Assembly: GCA_030390025.1 (NCBI GenBank)
Contig: CM059434.1
Location: 43,648,001 to 43,712,000, forward strand
Reading direction: 5' to 3'
From: Squalus acanthias
Taxonomy: Eukaryota
Length of the DNA: 64,000 nt
Shown here: positions 52,803-64,000 of the stretch, one piece after another
Numbering within the stretch: position 1 is the stretch's first letter
Layout of the letters: each line of letters opens with the position of its first letter
The notes under the pieces: model-generated
Told to the model about the DNA's origin: nothing
The model's input: the letters and a program-made list of their open reading frames with translations, nothing else
The model's database searches: none
Made by a program: the position numbers and the translations under genes

Positions 52803-53950
52803 GGTTAGACCGGAGTATTTCTCTTGGCCTCAAACTATCTCCATTGAAGAATTATTCACAAATGGCTTTCCTATCTAATATTGCTCAACTGAAACAGAAG
52901 GACCAGTTAGGGTTCACCATAGGCTTGGAAATTTCATTTTTCCTTTCCTGGATATGACAGGTCACAACCAGTTCAAAGAAAGCATAATACAAACTTATTT
53001 CACACTAAAGAGCAGGTTCTTTACTTATTTATACTCACCTTAAATTGTATAGACCTTAATAGTGTGACCCAGTAAGCAACGAAGCATTGAGAATTAAAAA
53101 GCATATTAACAAGAAACATTCACTCTTTGAAGTGCAGGTAAGTCTATACCAATTTATCCTTGAACAAGTTATTAGCTGCAAGTCATTAAGAGGGATTATC
53201 ATAACAACCCCTCTGAGAAAACAAATCAAAGAGTTATGATTATCGTTAACATTCTTTTGGTTTGTTCTGCCCATTTCTATTAATTTTTGAATAGTTTAGT
53301 TTAAACATTGCCTTGACTGCTCCATCAGAGCAACTTGCTTTGGGTTGTTGGGTTAGGTCTTCAACTTGCCACCTGGGTGTAAATGTGGCATTGTGGATCG
53401 GCTGCTCGTTCTCGAAAGTGCTCGATTGAAATCAATGGAAATGAAAGTCGGAAGGTTTGTATAACAGGTAGCTGACCCACAATGCCAGTTTTACAAGTTA
53501 AAAATCGAACCCTTGGAGTCTGATTGTATGAGGGAGCTGAATTAATCTTTATTGAGATATGTTCATTAACCTAATGTTGGTGCTCTAGCTTTCATATCCA
53601 ATCGCTGATGATTATTAACTTCTGATCCTTTGGAGAAGTAGTGGCAGATTGGAAACCAAGTGCTTGTCTATCATTGGTGCAAACTGTAAGGATGCAACTA
53701 TATTGACTAAGTTTGATATTTAGTTTATGTCCAATTCTCCAGTGATAATCTGTGGTCGAAATCTAATTCCTTGGTGCAACCTGAGCTTTTTTGTCCAGTT
53801 AGTGGTCTCATGTGCGAATGACAATTCATTGTGTTCCCTGGTGGTCTAGTAAAGTAATGGAGAGTTCCCCAAGTACCCATGGGAGGCTCCCATCCCCACT
53901 GGCACACAAGCCTTGGTTTTCAGACTGCAGGCCCTAAGTCAAAAAACTTT

Positions 53951-54635
53951 GGCCTGGAGATGTGCTGTTTTTTTTCAGCGCAATTCGTCCGAAATTGGCC
54001 AAACCAGCGCAAAAGATCTAGGAATTTCATTCGCAAATTACGTCCCATGCAATTTGAGATTCCGCGCTCTTCTGCGCTAGTTTAAAAAAAATATTGTGCT
54101 GGCAGCAGGCCCTGGCAACAACACTGGCCATGCCCAGCAGATTGAATGAATCACTGGCGAGTTTCCGCTAATTGCGCCCGTTTGCGGGCTTTCGACGAGG
54201 CTCTTAAAATTAAGGGTTTTTTTTGGTGCATGGACACTAATTAAAAGCTTTCAAATATAAAAAAAAATACTTAATTTACTAAGAAACTGACTACAGTACA
54301 CCAATGAAACTAGTAAATGGGTCTGTATAGTTTTTTTGTGATTAAAAATGATTTATTTTGTGATTAACCCATTTTCAGCAGTATTAATAAAACTGCACCA
54401 GGTTACCACTCTTAGATATATCAAGGAATATTTTTAATGCAAAAAAATGTTTTAAAAAATTATCTGAAACGCAGCCCGATTGCGCTGGTTCATGGAAGAT
54501 TTTACGTTCGGCGATATGCAAATGAGTTTTTGAACGGAAACCTGAACAAAAAAACTCACTTCTGAAAACTAGCGCAATTTTGAGCCCAATTTGCGCCCGG
54601 ATCGCCAATAGCGCCCAAAGCAGAATCTCTACCCC
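53951..54635. mobile_element. CpG-rich non-autonomous DNA-transposon-like element
   Basis: Imperfect TIRs GGCCTGGAGATGTGCTG...AAAGCAGAATCTCTACCCC; repeated GCGCAA/TTGCGC motifs in both arms around an AT-rich centre. Confidence 0.55.
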
Positions 54636-54782
54636 GTTAACTTTGGAGGCTGAGCTAAAAGACGGAACAAAGTTGAATATTCATCCCTGCTCTAGAAGCC
54701 AATAAAACAACAGCCGAGAGAGTACTCGCACTTTTTTCTGCTGGTAGGGACCTTCCTGCAGAGCGTCACTACAAACACTCAC

Positions 54783-54964
54783 CTTATTACCCGTGCAGTT
54801 AATTCCCAGGCTATTCATGGACGACATCTTCCCATCAAGCCCAGACTGCTGCAACTGCTGCTCTCGTTGCAGCTGTTCTCTCATTTTTCGAGCTTCCTGG
54901 ATAGCCTTCATCACCGCGTCCTGGTCACCCAGGAAGGCTGTTGAATTCAGAGTGGAGAGGATGT
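54783..54964 (-). CDS. SOX6: SOX6 coding exon (182 bp): (D)[36 protein letters not shown]...GNK, second coiled-coil region
   Basis: Acceptor ccctaccctAG|AC and donor AAG|gtgagt; [12 protein letters not shown] is a SoxD conserved segment; phases match the neighbouring exons. Confidence 0.93.
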
Positions 54965-57620
54965 CTAGGGTAGGGATAAAATAGCAGTCATAAAATTCCC
55001 CAAGAAGGAAATGGGCTGACTTACAGCAAATGGTAGCTTACGACAAAATTAAAATTATTCTGACCCATAAAGGTCCTCTTTTTCCAATGCAACTTCCCCC
55101 TTGTGTAATAAACTACTCAGCCTACAGCAGATTCCTTTATAAACCATCTGTTGTCAAATTTAAAATATTCAATATGAAAAGTGTACTTTATCCCACAGTC
55201 AACATTGTTTTTCTTTCAAAAAAAACTCATTAAAACTGAGGCAAATTTGGATTCAGACGGGAATCTCCTGAAGCTGTTAATTATTAATGAAGCCATTCCT
55301 TTCAGTACATTATCTGGAACATTGATTCCTAAGAATGTGCTCCACACTGCCACAACCGTCTCTTGCAAATGGATTCGCACTTTTTAACTAGATGTATTAG
55401 ACCCTGTATCACTGACCCAATTCAGGTAATAGTAGAGTAGGCAAAGCTGAGAGAGCAGTTAAAACTACTTTTCCTGGCGCTGTTATTTTTTTTTTATGTA
55501 CATCACCTCTTTTCAAATGGTTTTAAAATAACCAATTTTTTTTTTAAAGATGTGAATTACTGAAGTGCGGTGATCTGTGTAGGGATATAGGACTTTTAGG
55601 TAATGAATAATGTTTCCCTCCGGACCCTGTTTTCCGTCGCATCAGTCAGGCTTTCTGCTGCTCATCACCCAAAGCCACTAAGCACTTTTCAATTATGTTC
55701 GGCGCCACTGCGTTAATCAAAACTACAAATTATTTTGAACTCTGTATTCCAAATGAGGACAAAAAAAAAAGCATTTAGGTTTTGCTCATTAATTCTTGCC
55801 CTTTTTTGACATATAGTAAAACACAATGCTAAAGGTGGGCCATTAGTTGGAGGGGAAAAAATACCTTCCAAGCTTCCAAGTTTAGTACATGCTAGAAACA
55901 GAGCAGCAAAACCTATGGGTAGGCAACTTATTTTTGCAATACTGTGATTCATGCAAATGTAACTATTCAGTCTATAGTATAGACAAGAAGTACTCACTAG
56001 GAATAATTCCTTGATCCCTTCCAGTGGGAAGCTTCACTCGACTATGTAGCCCCAGTGAGTGCAGGTCCCAGGAGTGGGAGATTCTGGAATTAGGCCTAAC
56101 TTTTTGTTGAGGGCCACAATCCTGAGAAGTAACTTGATTGATGACCACTCTCACAGAGCTACTATAAAGCTACTCCATTTTGGATTTTTTTTTAAAAGCA
56201 TTTTCCTTTTCTTTCTACCCACAGTCTCTCCTGAATCATAGCTCAAGTATCCCCTGAGAACTGGTGAGCTGTGTAATGATGCCCAGAGACACTTGGGGCA
56301 GCAGGTCTGCCAAGGCTCGCAGGTGAGGAGGAGGTTGGGTGCGAGCTGGTCCCTGTGCTGTATTATAAGTCTTACTGATATAGGCTGGCCCTGCGAAGGG
56401 CACAATGTTGCCACACGCTGTGATGCAGCAGGGAAAAAATGGATCACTACTAAAGGCCAAGTTATTTATAGATTAGATCAAAATGAGCAACTGTGTTACT
56501 GTGAGTATTGGAAGTATAAGCTGAGTCGCCAATTGATATTTGGCGATTGGATAATTATTCAATCAAATCTGATTACATGCCAGAAAATATAACATTTGAG
56601 TCCAACATGGATTAGCTGTAAATTTCCAAAGCTTTTGGAGTTAAGAGACAGAGACAAGAATAAACAATAATGCACTTTCATTTGTACATGCATTGCTCTT
56701 CTGCAGGATATAAGCTATCTACTAAAATGCGTTGCTGGTTATGGTCATGTTTTACACAACCTGTCTCTTATGCTAAGGAAAATCAATAGCCAAGCTTGTA
56801 ATTGTATTAGAGAAGCTTGAGTATATGTACAGTGTTTTTGATAAAAGTAAGCTGGATCTCATCCAACAGTCCCTGCTTCAGCATGGATATAAAGGATATG
56901 TCATGGCCAACAGTAGGATATGATCAATGTAATATTAGTTGCTAGTTTAAGAAATCATAACCTCTCTTTGAACTCAGGAAGTGGAAACATGTATGGGGGA
57001 GGGGGGAACAGACAGAATGATTTCACATATGCTCTTGAATTGTCAATAAACCTGTTTAATTTAAGCAACAGGACTCTCACCAATGCTTTAGATATCACAT
57101 GTAAGGCTTACAACACGTTTAACTGTGTGCTAAGTCAGTGGTGGTGGTGCTACACTGGTAAGAGTGAAGGTGATTTGAGGCTATTAACAAGATTAGGTTC
57201 AATGCCAGATTTGTTTTTTCTTCAGCACCTGAATCATCTAGTACCATAGGGCTAGATTTGATGAATTAGTACTCTTGGCTAATTAATGGTAAACTGTACA
57301 GGGCCAAATTCCCAGTATGCTTTCTCATGGCACAAAGCTCTGTGCTGAAAGCTCTAATTTGTAAAAACGTTCCCCAAAGAGCTCACCCTAGTTGGACTAG
57401 ACTGCAGAATCTTCTGACTTGTACAATGTTATTCACGTTTGATTGGCCGAAAAACGGTCAACTAGCAATACCAAAAAGAACACGTTTACAATTTCAGTAG
57501 AAATACTGACCACATGAAAACTTCACAATTACAATATCACTACATGTAGCATCTTGAGCAACACTTCTCTTGTGATGTTAAGAGTATAAAGATACCGCTT
57601 CATTCTCATTGTGCACTTAC

Positions 57621-57801
57621 CTAAAGATGATCCTCTTCCTGGTGTACCACCCACAGGGCTGGGGATGCTGCTTTTGTTGGGCAGGTTGACTGGACTGGAT
57701 TTATTTGTGTGGAAGAAGCTCTGGGTGGGTGATGTGGGGGATCGGATGGGCTCTGAAGTCTTGGGCCTCGCTGACAGATTGAGTGGCTGTGCTGCTTCAT
57801 C
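57621..57801 (-). CDS. SOX6: SOX6 coding exon, first in window (181 bp): [27 protein letters not shown]...GRGSSL
   Basis: Acceptor gttcgcAG|GAT and donor TTAG|gtaagt; the translation resembles vertebrate SOX6 as I recall it and carries the PLNLS CtBP-binding motif; phase 0 to phase 1 fits the next exon. Confidence 0.93.
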
Positions 57802-60654
57802 CTGCGAACGAACCATAAACAAGCATACTTTAGCACATTGAAGATCACATAACAACAATGTGATCTTCCAATCCTTGGAATCTAATCCAAACTGACATGT
57901 GCACATTTGAGGCAATTGGTGCCAGACCTAGTTTAATCAGGTGCCATTTTGATTCTGGTACGCACAAAAATAGTACAGCTGCACCATTCCTTTTTGTTTC
58001 TAAATCTATTTGCATACAAATGGATTGTTTTCCTTAGATCACAGAAATAATTTTTGGTTTTAACCTTATTCCACTTTAACCTGATTAACTTTAACCTGTT
58101 TAAATGAATCGAGCATTGTGATTACTACAGATAGAAAAGATTCTTAGTAGTTGACATTTACATTTCACACATGCATTTCATTTGTAAATAATGGTTGTAC
58201 TTCATATTAGAAAAATAACCTGGTAATTGGCAGCCAATACAATTTGAGAAGGAAGAGGCCCTGCCTGATCAACTTCCTGGGCTGTTTTTAAGGAACCGAC
58301 ATCCCAAATGGATGTTGGACAACCCCATCATGTAGTGTACCTAGAGTTCCAAAAAGTGTTTCATTAAGTTCCACAAGAATGGCTGCTGCGCAAGCTGAAG
58401 GAAGGGAGTATCCAAGGTGAAACCAGCTGAAATTTAGCTGAACGAGATGAAGCAGCGGATAATAGAGGAGTGATTTCAGACTGGGGAGATATACTTAAGG
58501 AAGTGCCCTGATGTTTGTGCTGGGCCCCAACTGCTTCTAATTTACATACACTGTATAGGATTTGCATCCAGAAGTACAATTCAAGTTGGCAAGATCTGCA
58601 GATGATACTAAAATAGAGGGGGATAGTTAAGTCTATTAAATCAGCCAAGGAGTTACATGGCTTGGTAATCTTGTTTTTAAATTGAAATCATTTAATAAGA
58701 CATCAAAAAAAAAGAAGTTTGTTAAATCCCAGACCTGCCTTCCCTGTCATTTGTTACCAAGCTCAATGACGTAATGGTAGACAATGGCTTGGTAGTTTGT
58801 AAAATGTAGTAACCTCTTATTAAAACACATCCCTCAGGATTCATACAAACCGCATTATAGGAAAGAGAGTGTTGTAGGAAAGAGAAACTTAACTACACAC
58901 ACCGCTAGAGAAAGCCATTCATTACTCACATTACAGCAGTGACCGCAGTATGACAGAGAGCAATGGTAAGCAGTTATTTACTGAAACTGCCTGAGCTTTC
59001 TCGTACATTGTAAAGCTAATTGCTTCTTTAAATTGTAAAGTCCAAATTATCAGAGGTGTACTGACAGAAACGATCATTGAAGCAATTTAGAAATATGCCA
59101 ATGTATATTTACATTGACATAAACAACCTGTACGTTAATGTTGTACATATTCTGAGGGGCATCGGTGTTGGGGTACACTGCCTATTTTATGGAAACATCG
59201 AGAGGTAGATTTTTAACTTTCATCGCTGGGTGGAAACCAGGCGGTAGCGGATCAGCCGCTCGTTATATACCCTGCCCAATTTTCCTTTCCATTGACTTTG
59301 AGTTTTCCTCCTGGTGGTGAAAATTAAAATCTACTGCCGATGTCAAGCTCTCTCAGGTCAAGTACAATAACGGCCAAAGTGAACTCGGGCTGCTCTGTCC
59401 AAACATGCTTTCTCCTCGGGCCTCACAAAAGCTCCACCTACTGCACCACTGTGACATTTCCATTTCCCACACCTTCTTTACTAAGACAGACAGAGTCAAT
59501 TTGGAGGGAAAATACAGGGGGTTTTATGCTGTGGGCCTGTTTCCATTAAGAACTGGGTTAAGGCTGTCCCTAACCCATTTCACAAAGGATCTTTTAAGCC
59601 AGAGGAGACTTTCATTGCATCGGTGTGTGCTGAAGTCAAACCTTAGACCCTACAGGTGTAAATGCGGTGTCCCCCACCCCAGTGCCACTCAATCTCCCAG
59701 CTAAAAGTGTCATTTAGAATAAAGAATTGAATTGACGGCTGCTCCACTGGCTCAGTTGGAAAATGCACTGTCCATTTGGACCAGAAAACCTGCCAGAATG
59801 TCCTCCCGTACTTCTGGGGTTATGGGGAAGGAGGGGGGAATGAATCAGGGTTCCTGCTCCTGATTACTATCAAATGACCCCAGGTGGAAAATGTGCTAGT
59901 GCGAATGGCAGAGGAGGACAGGAATCAATCTCAGCTACAGTGCTGTGCGTGGTAGAACAGCCTGCTGACAGTCACTATCTGGGCTCATACATGAAGAATT
60001 GTAGCTCACTTGGATGAGGTACCAGAAGTTGGCATATGCCCATGAAACTCTAATCCAGTGTAAATTGGAACCTTAGGAGAGGACAGGAGAAAACAGGTGG
60101 GGGGGGGGGGGTGTGGAGGGAACAGTAATTGATATGTATATTTTCTTTTAAAACTCTCATTTAAGATTGTGTGTTTGTGTATCTGCAACAAGAACAGAAA
60201 ATTGCTCCTTTGATAGTTTCAAAAAGCTGAGGTATTAACTGTGGTACATTGCATAGTTAATTGGAAAATACAGAATAACAAAGACTGAATACAACATCTG
60301 ATCATTCAGTTGGATGGTACTTTTTACCTCAGGGACAGAAATGGTTCTCTCCTGTAACATTCAAATAAGAAGCTAATTAGCCAATTCCTAAAAGATTTAA
60401 CTAAAGGAAGGCTCATTAGTCTCTCTCTGTACTTGCCTTTATTTACATAAGCACAGTAATTTTATTATTATAATGTCAGTGTTTACTCATGTTGACAAAT
60501 GTAATTTGGAACTAATGCACTTTGCAGTTCTAACTCTCCACTCAACTAAATCTGAAATGTATTCTAACTAGTATAAGCTAAATATCCAGTTGTGTATTCC
60601 TGTGTTCAAAGCTGAGTTTCTTTCCATGTATGTGTCTAATTTAACCATTTACCG

Positions 60655-61030
60655 TAGAACTCTCGCCTCTGGGTTAGAAGGTTGTAGGTTCAATTCAACA
60701 CTAACGCTTAAGCACATAACTTCGGTTGACACTCAGTGTAGTAATGAAGGAGTCCTGCATTGTTAGAGGTGCCGTTCTTCAGATTAGATATTAAACCAAG
60801 ATCCTAGTTCTGATGAAAGGTCCTCGACCTGAAACATTAACTCTATTTCTCTCCCCACAGAAGCTGCCTGACCTGCTGAGTATCTCCAGCATTTTCTGTT
60901 TTTATTTTATCCTAGCTATCTGTTCCAGTGGTTCAGGTGGATGATAAATATCCTATGGCACTATTTGAAGAAAAACGGAGTTCTCCCATTGTCCTATTCA
61001 ATATTCCTCCCTCAACTAACCTGATTAATG
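60655..61030 (+). mobile_element. Deu-domain SINE (SacSINE1-like) interrupted by a hammerhead-bearing insert
   Basis: Aligns by eye to 63450-63720 (gcctctg-gtcagaaggttgt-ggttcaa, agcacataa, gacact-cagtgyagta-tga, atccyatggcactatt-gaagaa). Confidence 0.75.
60808..60908 (+). mobile_element. 101-bp solo Penelope pLTR end with a minimal hammerhead motif and 7-bp TSD
   Basis: CTGATGA at 60810-60816, stem II AGGTC-CTC-GACCT, GAAA at 60831-60834; highly similar to 6000-6100; ATCCTAG at 60801-60807 and 60909-60915. Confidence 0.85.
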
Positions 61031-63064
61031 TTTGGTCCTTGCTCCCTCCACATCAGAGGCTGATTTTTCAATCATTATGCCACTGCCCTTCAAAATTCCC
61101 CTCCCAAAAATAACTCTACCTTGCTACTTCTCTTCCTGCCTTCAAAAAGCTCCTAAAGCTTTTTTCTTTGCCTCTCTTGCCCCTTCCCATCTAAACTTGT
61201 CTTATTCTTCTTCCATCTTTCTACCCTATTAAGTGTTCTGAAACAATTCCCTTGATGTGAGGGGTGCTGTCTAAATGCTAGACACTGATTGCTGTCCAGT
61301 GGCTTCTGCTAGAAGGTGTACATGGGTGGATGCAGCCAAGATCAGACTCAGCTGTGATGCCCCCATGGTCAAGTGGTCTATTGAACAATTGCTGTCGGGG
61401 TTCATAGATGAAGAGTGCCTACTTGGGCAAGGCAAGTATGCTGGCACATCTCAACATGAGTCATGTGTTTAGGAAACAAAGTAAGACGAGGGGGAGAAGG
61501 ACATTGAAAGGAAAGGTGCCCAAATTAGGTCCTGGAATAAGGATCATTGCAACACAGCAGAATGTTGAAATGGAGAGTTTAGGGCAAGACAAAAATGAAA
61601 GAGTTCAGTCACAACGGTGTTTAATCACTCTGTCATTTAGACTTTTAGGTTTTAGGGCAACACTTAGGATCTGAGTTTGCCTTTTCATTTACAACATTTT
61701 CTGAATAAACAAAATATTTATATCCTTAACAGTTAATTATTTGGTGCAAAAATGTTAACAATAATCTTCAAAAAGTAATTGCTCACCTTGTGGAATGCTC
61801 TTTATAATTGCATCATAAATCTCTAAGTGCCTGAAGCTTTGGGGGCATTATTTAAATATTATTTATTTTGCTTCATGCTCAACAAAGTGAGGAATAACTC
61901 CTCAGTACTGACTTTAATAAATTCGATTTGCATTTTCAGACCTGAACTGGGGACAGTTTTGTGCTGTATGTTCAAGCCCACTGAGAACTGGATAGACATG
62001 TATCCAAACTGATTGGATCTTTACCATCCTACAAGCCCAACTCGGATCAATTAGCGAGCTCAAAAGTCTTACTTAGCTTCAACTATATCCATTCTGCTCT
62101 GATCTGTATTTGTTTTCCTTTCTTTCTCGCTGATAACTCATGAGGGGAGTAGATTCTGTATGAGGCTTCAGCTAGCTGCAGGAGTGTTTACTCTTAAAAT
62201 GTTTCTTTCCTGCTTCAATTATGAGCATATTAGGTGATGTTGGTCTTTTCTACTTAAGTTAATTTCAGGGCTGCGCTCGTACTTGGAGGCTGCTGTTTTA
62301 ACTTCTCTTTAAGCAATTGTCAAACGTCTAAACTTTTATAGTGCTATTGCAATCGAACTGAATGAACATAAAGTTACTCTGAACTGGTATATCAATTTAA
62401 CATGCATTGTGTACCAACCACATAATAGCCAATCACATGAGCATTTTTGAAATTTTAAGATGAAATTATTTCAAATTTGTTTCAAATAATTCTATCTACC
62501 TTCCTTTCCTGTTTACAAAAATGACACATACACTATGCAGTGGGAATTGCAACATGTTCTGGGTTTTCTATGGCAATTGTCAATGTAATGTTACAACATT
62601 AAAGAACTTGCATTTATATAATGTCTTTCATGTCCTCAGGACATCCCAAAGCGCTTCACATCGATGAATTATTTTGACGTGTAGTCGCTGTTGTTATGTG
62701 GACAAAGAAGAGGCACTTGGATTCTGTCTTCTTTTGCTGTTCCTTCACACTGATTACTTCAACATTGCACAGCACTCCATCTAGAGGCTCAATTAAGAAG
62801 TGATAAACTCACCCTAGCAGTAAAGGTAGCCAAGGATTTCTGATCAGCAGTTGAGTGCTCAACTGCTTTAACAATAGGGGTATCTAATATTGTGATACCT
62901 CTGCTTTCTGCCAATAAGCTGTGCATTAGTGGTCTACTGTAAACCAAGGATACTGCACAAAACATGAAGGTCTATGTACTCCGAGGTTCAAGGAAATGTC
63001 AATTACAAAAAGAAACTGACCAAGGTTGAAGAGCAAAGATATGATGCATGTTCTGTAGCTAATT

Positions 63065-63295
63065 TGAGAAGTCGCACAACACCAGGTTATAGTCCAACAG
63101 TTTTATTTGAAATCACAAGCTTTCGGAGCGGCTGCTCCTTCGTCAGGTGAAGTGAAGTATCTCTTCACTTCACCTGACGAAGGAGCAGCCGCTCCGAAAG
63201 CTTGTGATTTCAAATAAAACTGTTGGACTATAACCTGGTGTTGTGCGACTTCTCACTTTTGTCCACCCCAGTCCAACACCGGCATCTCCGCATCA
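63065..63295. mobile_element. Young Penelope-type insertion: perfect 93-bp inverted repeat with a hammerhead motif in each arm, plus a 40-bp tail and 14-bp TSD
   Basis: Arms 63065-63157 and 63163-63255 are exact reverse complements; loop TATCT; TGTAGCTAATTTGA at 63054-63067 and 63296-63309. Confidence 0.88.
63170..63207 (+). ncRNA. Minimal type I hammerhead ribozyme motif (mirror copy on the minus strand at 63113-63150)
   Basis: Stem I TCAC/GTGA; CTGACGA at 63174-63180; stem II GGAGC-AGCC-GCTCC; GAAA at 63196-63199; palindrome AAGCTT; predicted cleavage after T63203. Confidence 0.8.
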
Positions 63296-63449
63296 TGTAG
63301 CTAATTTGATTACCCTTTTGATATTAGGCAAAACTTTCCCTCAGGATATTAAATAAATGTGATAGGGCCCATGTTTGGTACATTGTACATAAGCTATGAG
63401 CTCGATGGAATGAATGACCTTTTTCTGTTGAATGCTTTCTTTTGTCTCA

Positions 63450-63885
63450 GGTGTCAGCCTTGGCTCAGTGGTAGTCCTCGCACCTCTGAATCAGAAGGAT
63501 GTGGCTTCAAGCCCCACTCAAGGTACTTGAGCACATAATCTAAGCTGACATTTCAGTGCAGTATTGAGAGAGTGCTGCACTGCTGTTTTTTGGATGAGAC
63601 ATTTAACTGAGGTCCTGTCTGCCCTCTCAGGTGGACATACAAGATCCCATGGCAGTATTCAAAGAAGAGTAGAGGAATGCTCCAGGTCTCCTGGCTAATA
63701 TTTAGCCAACATCCTAAAAAAACATTTATCTCATTGATGTTTGTGGGACCTTGCTGTGTACAAATTAGCTGCCCTGTTTCCCTACACTGCAACAGTGACG
63801 ATACTTAAAGTATTTCATTGGCTGCGACGTGCTTTAGGGCATTATAAAGTTGTGAAACGAGCAATATAAATGCAAATTCTTTCTT
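63450..63885 (+). mobile_element. Near full-length Deu-domain SINE (SacSINE1-like)
   Basis: tRNA-like head TGGCTCAGTGG...GCTTCAAGCCC; Deu-like core GGATGAGACATTTAACTGAGGTCCTGTCTGCCCTCTCAGGTGGAC...GATCCCATGGCA; L2-like tail TATAAATGCAAATTCTTTCTT. A reverse tail fragment lies at about 62600-62710. Confidence 0.8.
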
Positions 63886-64000
63886 AGCTCTCACATCAAA
63901 TATTATCTTTACCTGCCAGGTTCATCATATCTCCCCAAATATAGCATATCTACCCTCATAAGGTTTCTCAGTTTCCTTCGCCTGTGATGGTAGAGTAGTT

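Noticed and set aside
57802-64000. A further upstream SOX6 exon
   Set aside because: I found no minus-strand segment with SoxD-like translation bounded by splice sites; the next exon is presumably outside the window, though a short divergent exon could be missed by eye.

Overview
Eukaryotic (vertebrate) genomic DNA, most likely a shark or other cartilaginous fish, judged from its HE1/V-SINE, Deu-domain SINE, CR1 and Penelope repeat content. The window holds the 3' part of SOX6 on the minus strand: six coding exons (57801-57621, 54964-54783, 36892-36784, 22163-21930, 11142-10926, 3613-3310) that splice in frame at GT-AG junctions to give 408 aa plus stop, including the PLNLS CtBP motif and the HMG box, followed by about 3.3 kb of probable 3' UTR. 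Upstream exons appear to lie beyond position 64000. Introns are filled with CR1/L2 fragments, SINEs, palindromic MITE-like elements, a 1.33-kb solo LTR and a decayed Neptune-type Penelope element. Most notable: (1) three Penelope-type minimal hammerhead ribozyme loci, including a perfect 93-bp inverted repeat with a hammerhead in each arm and a 14-bp TSD, and a 101-bp solo hammerhead insert with a 7-bp TSD; (2) a dense cluster of miR-499/208 and miR-219 seed sites in the 3' UTR; (3) a candidate in-frame alternative acceptor 60 nt into the first HMG exon; (4) a 38-bp tandem array with a dimeric higher-order pattern. All calls were made by eye, without database searches.
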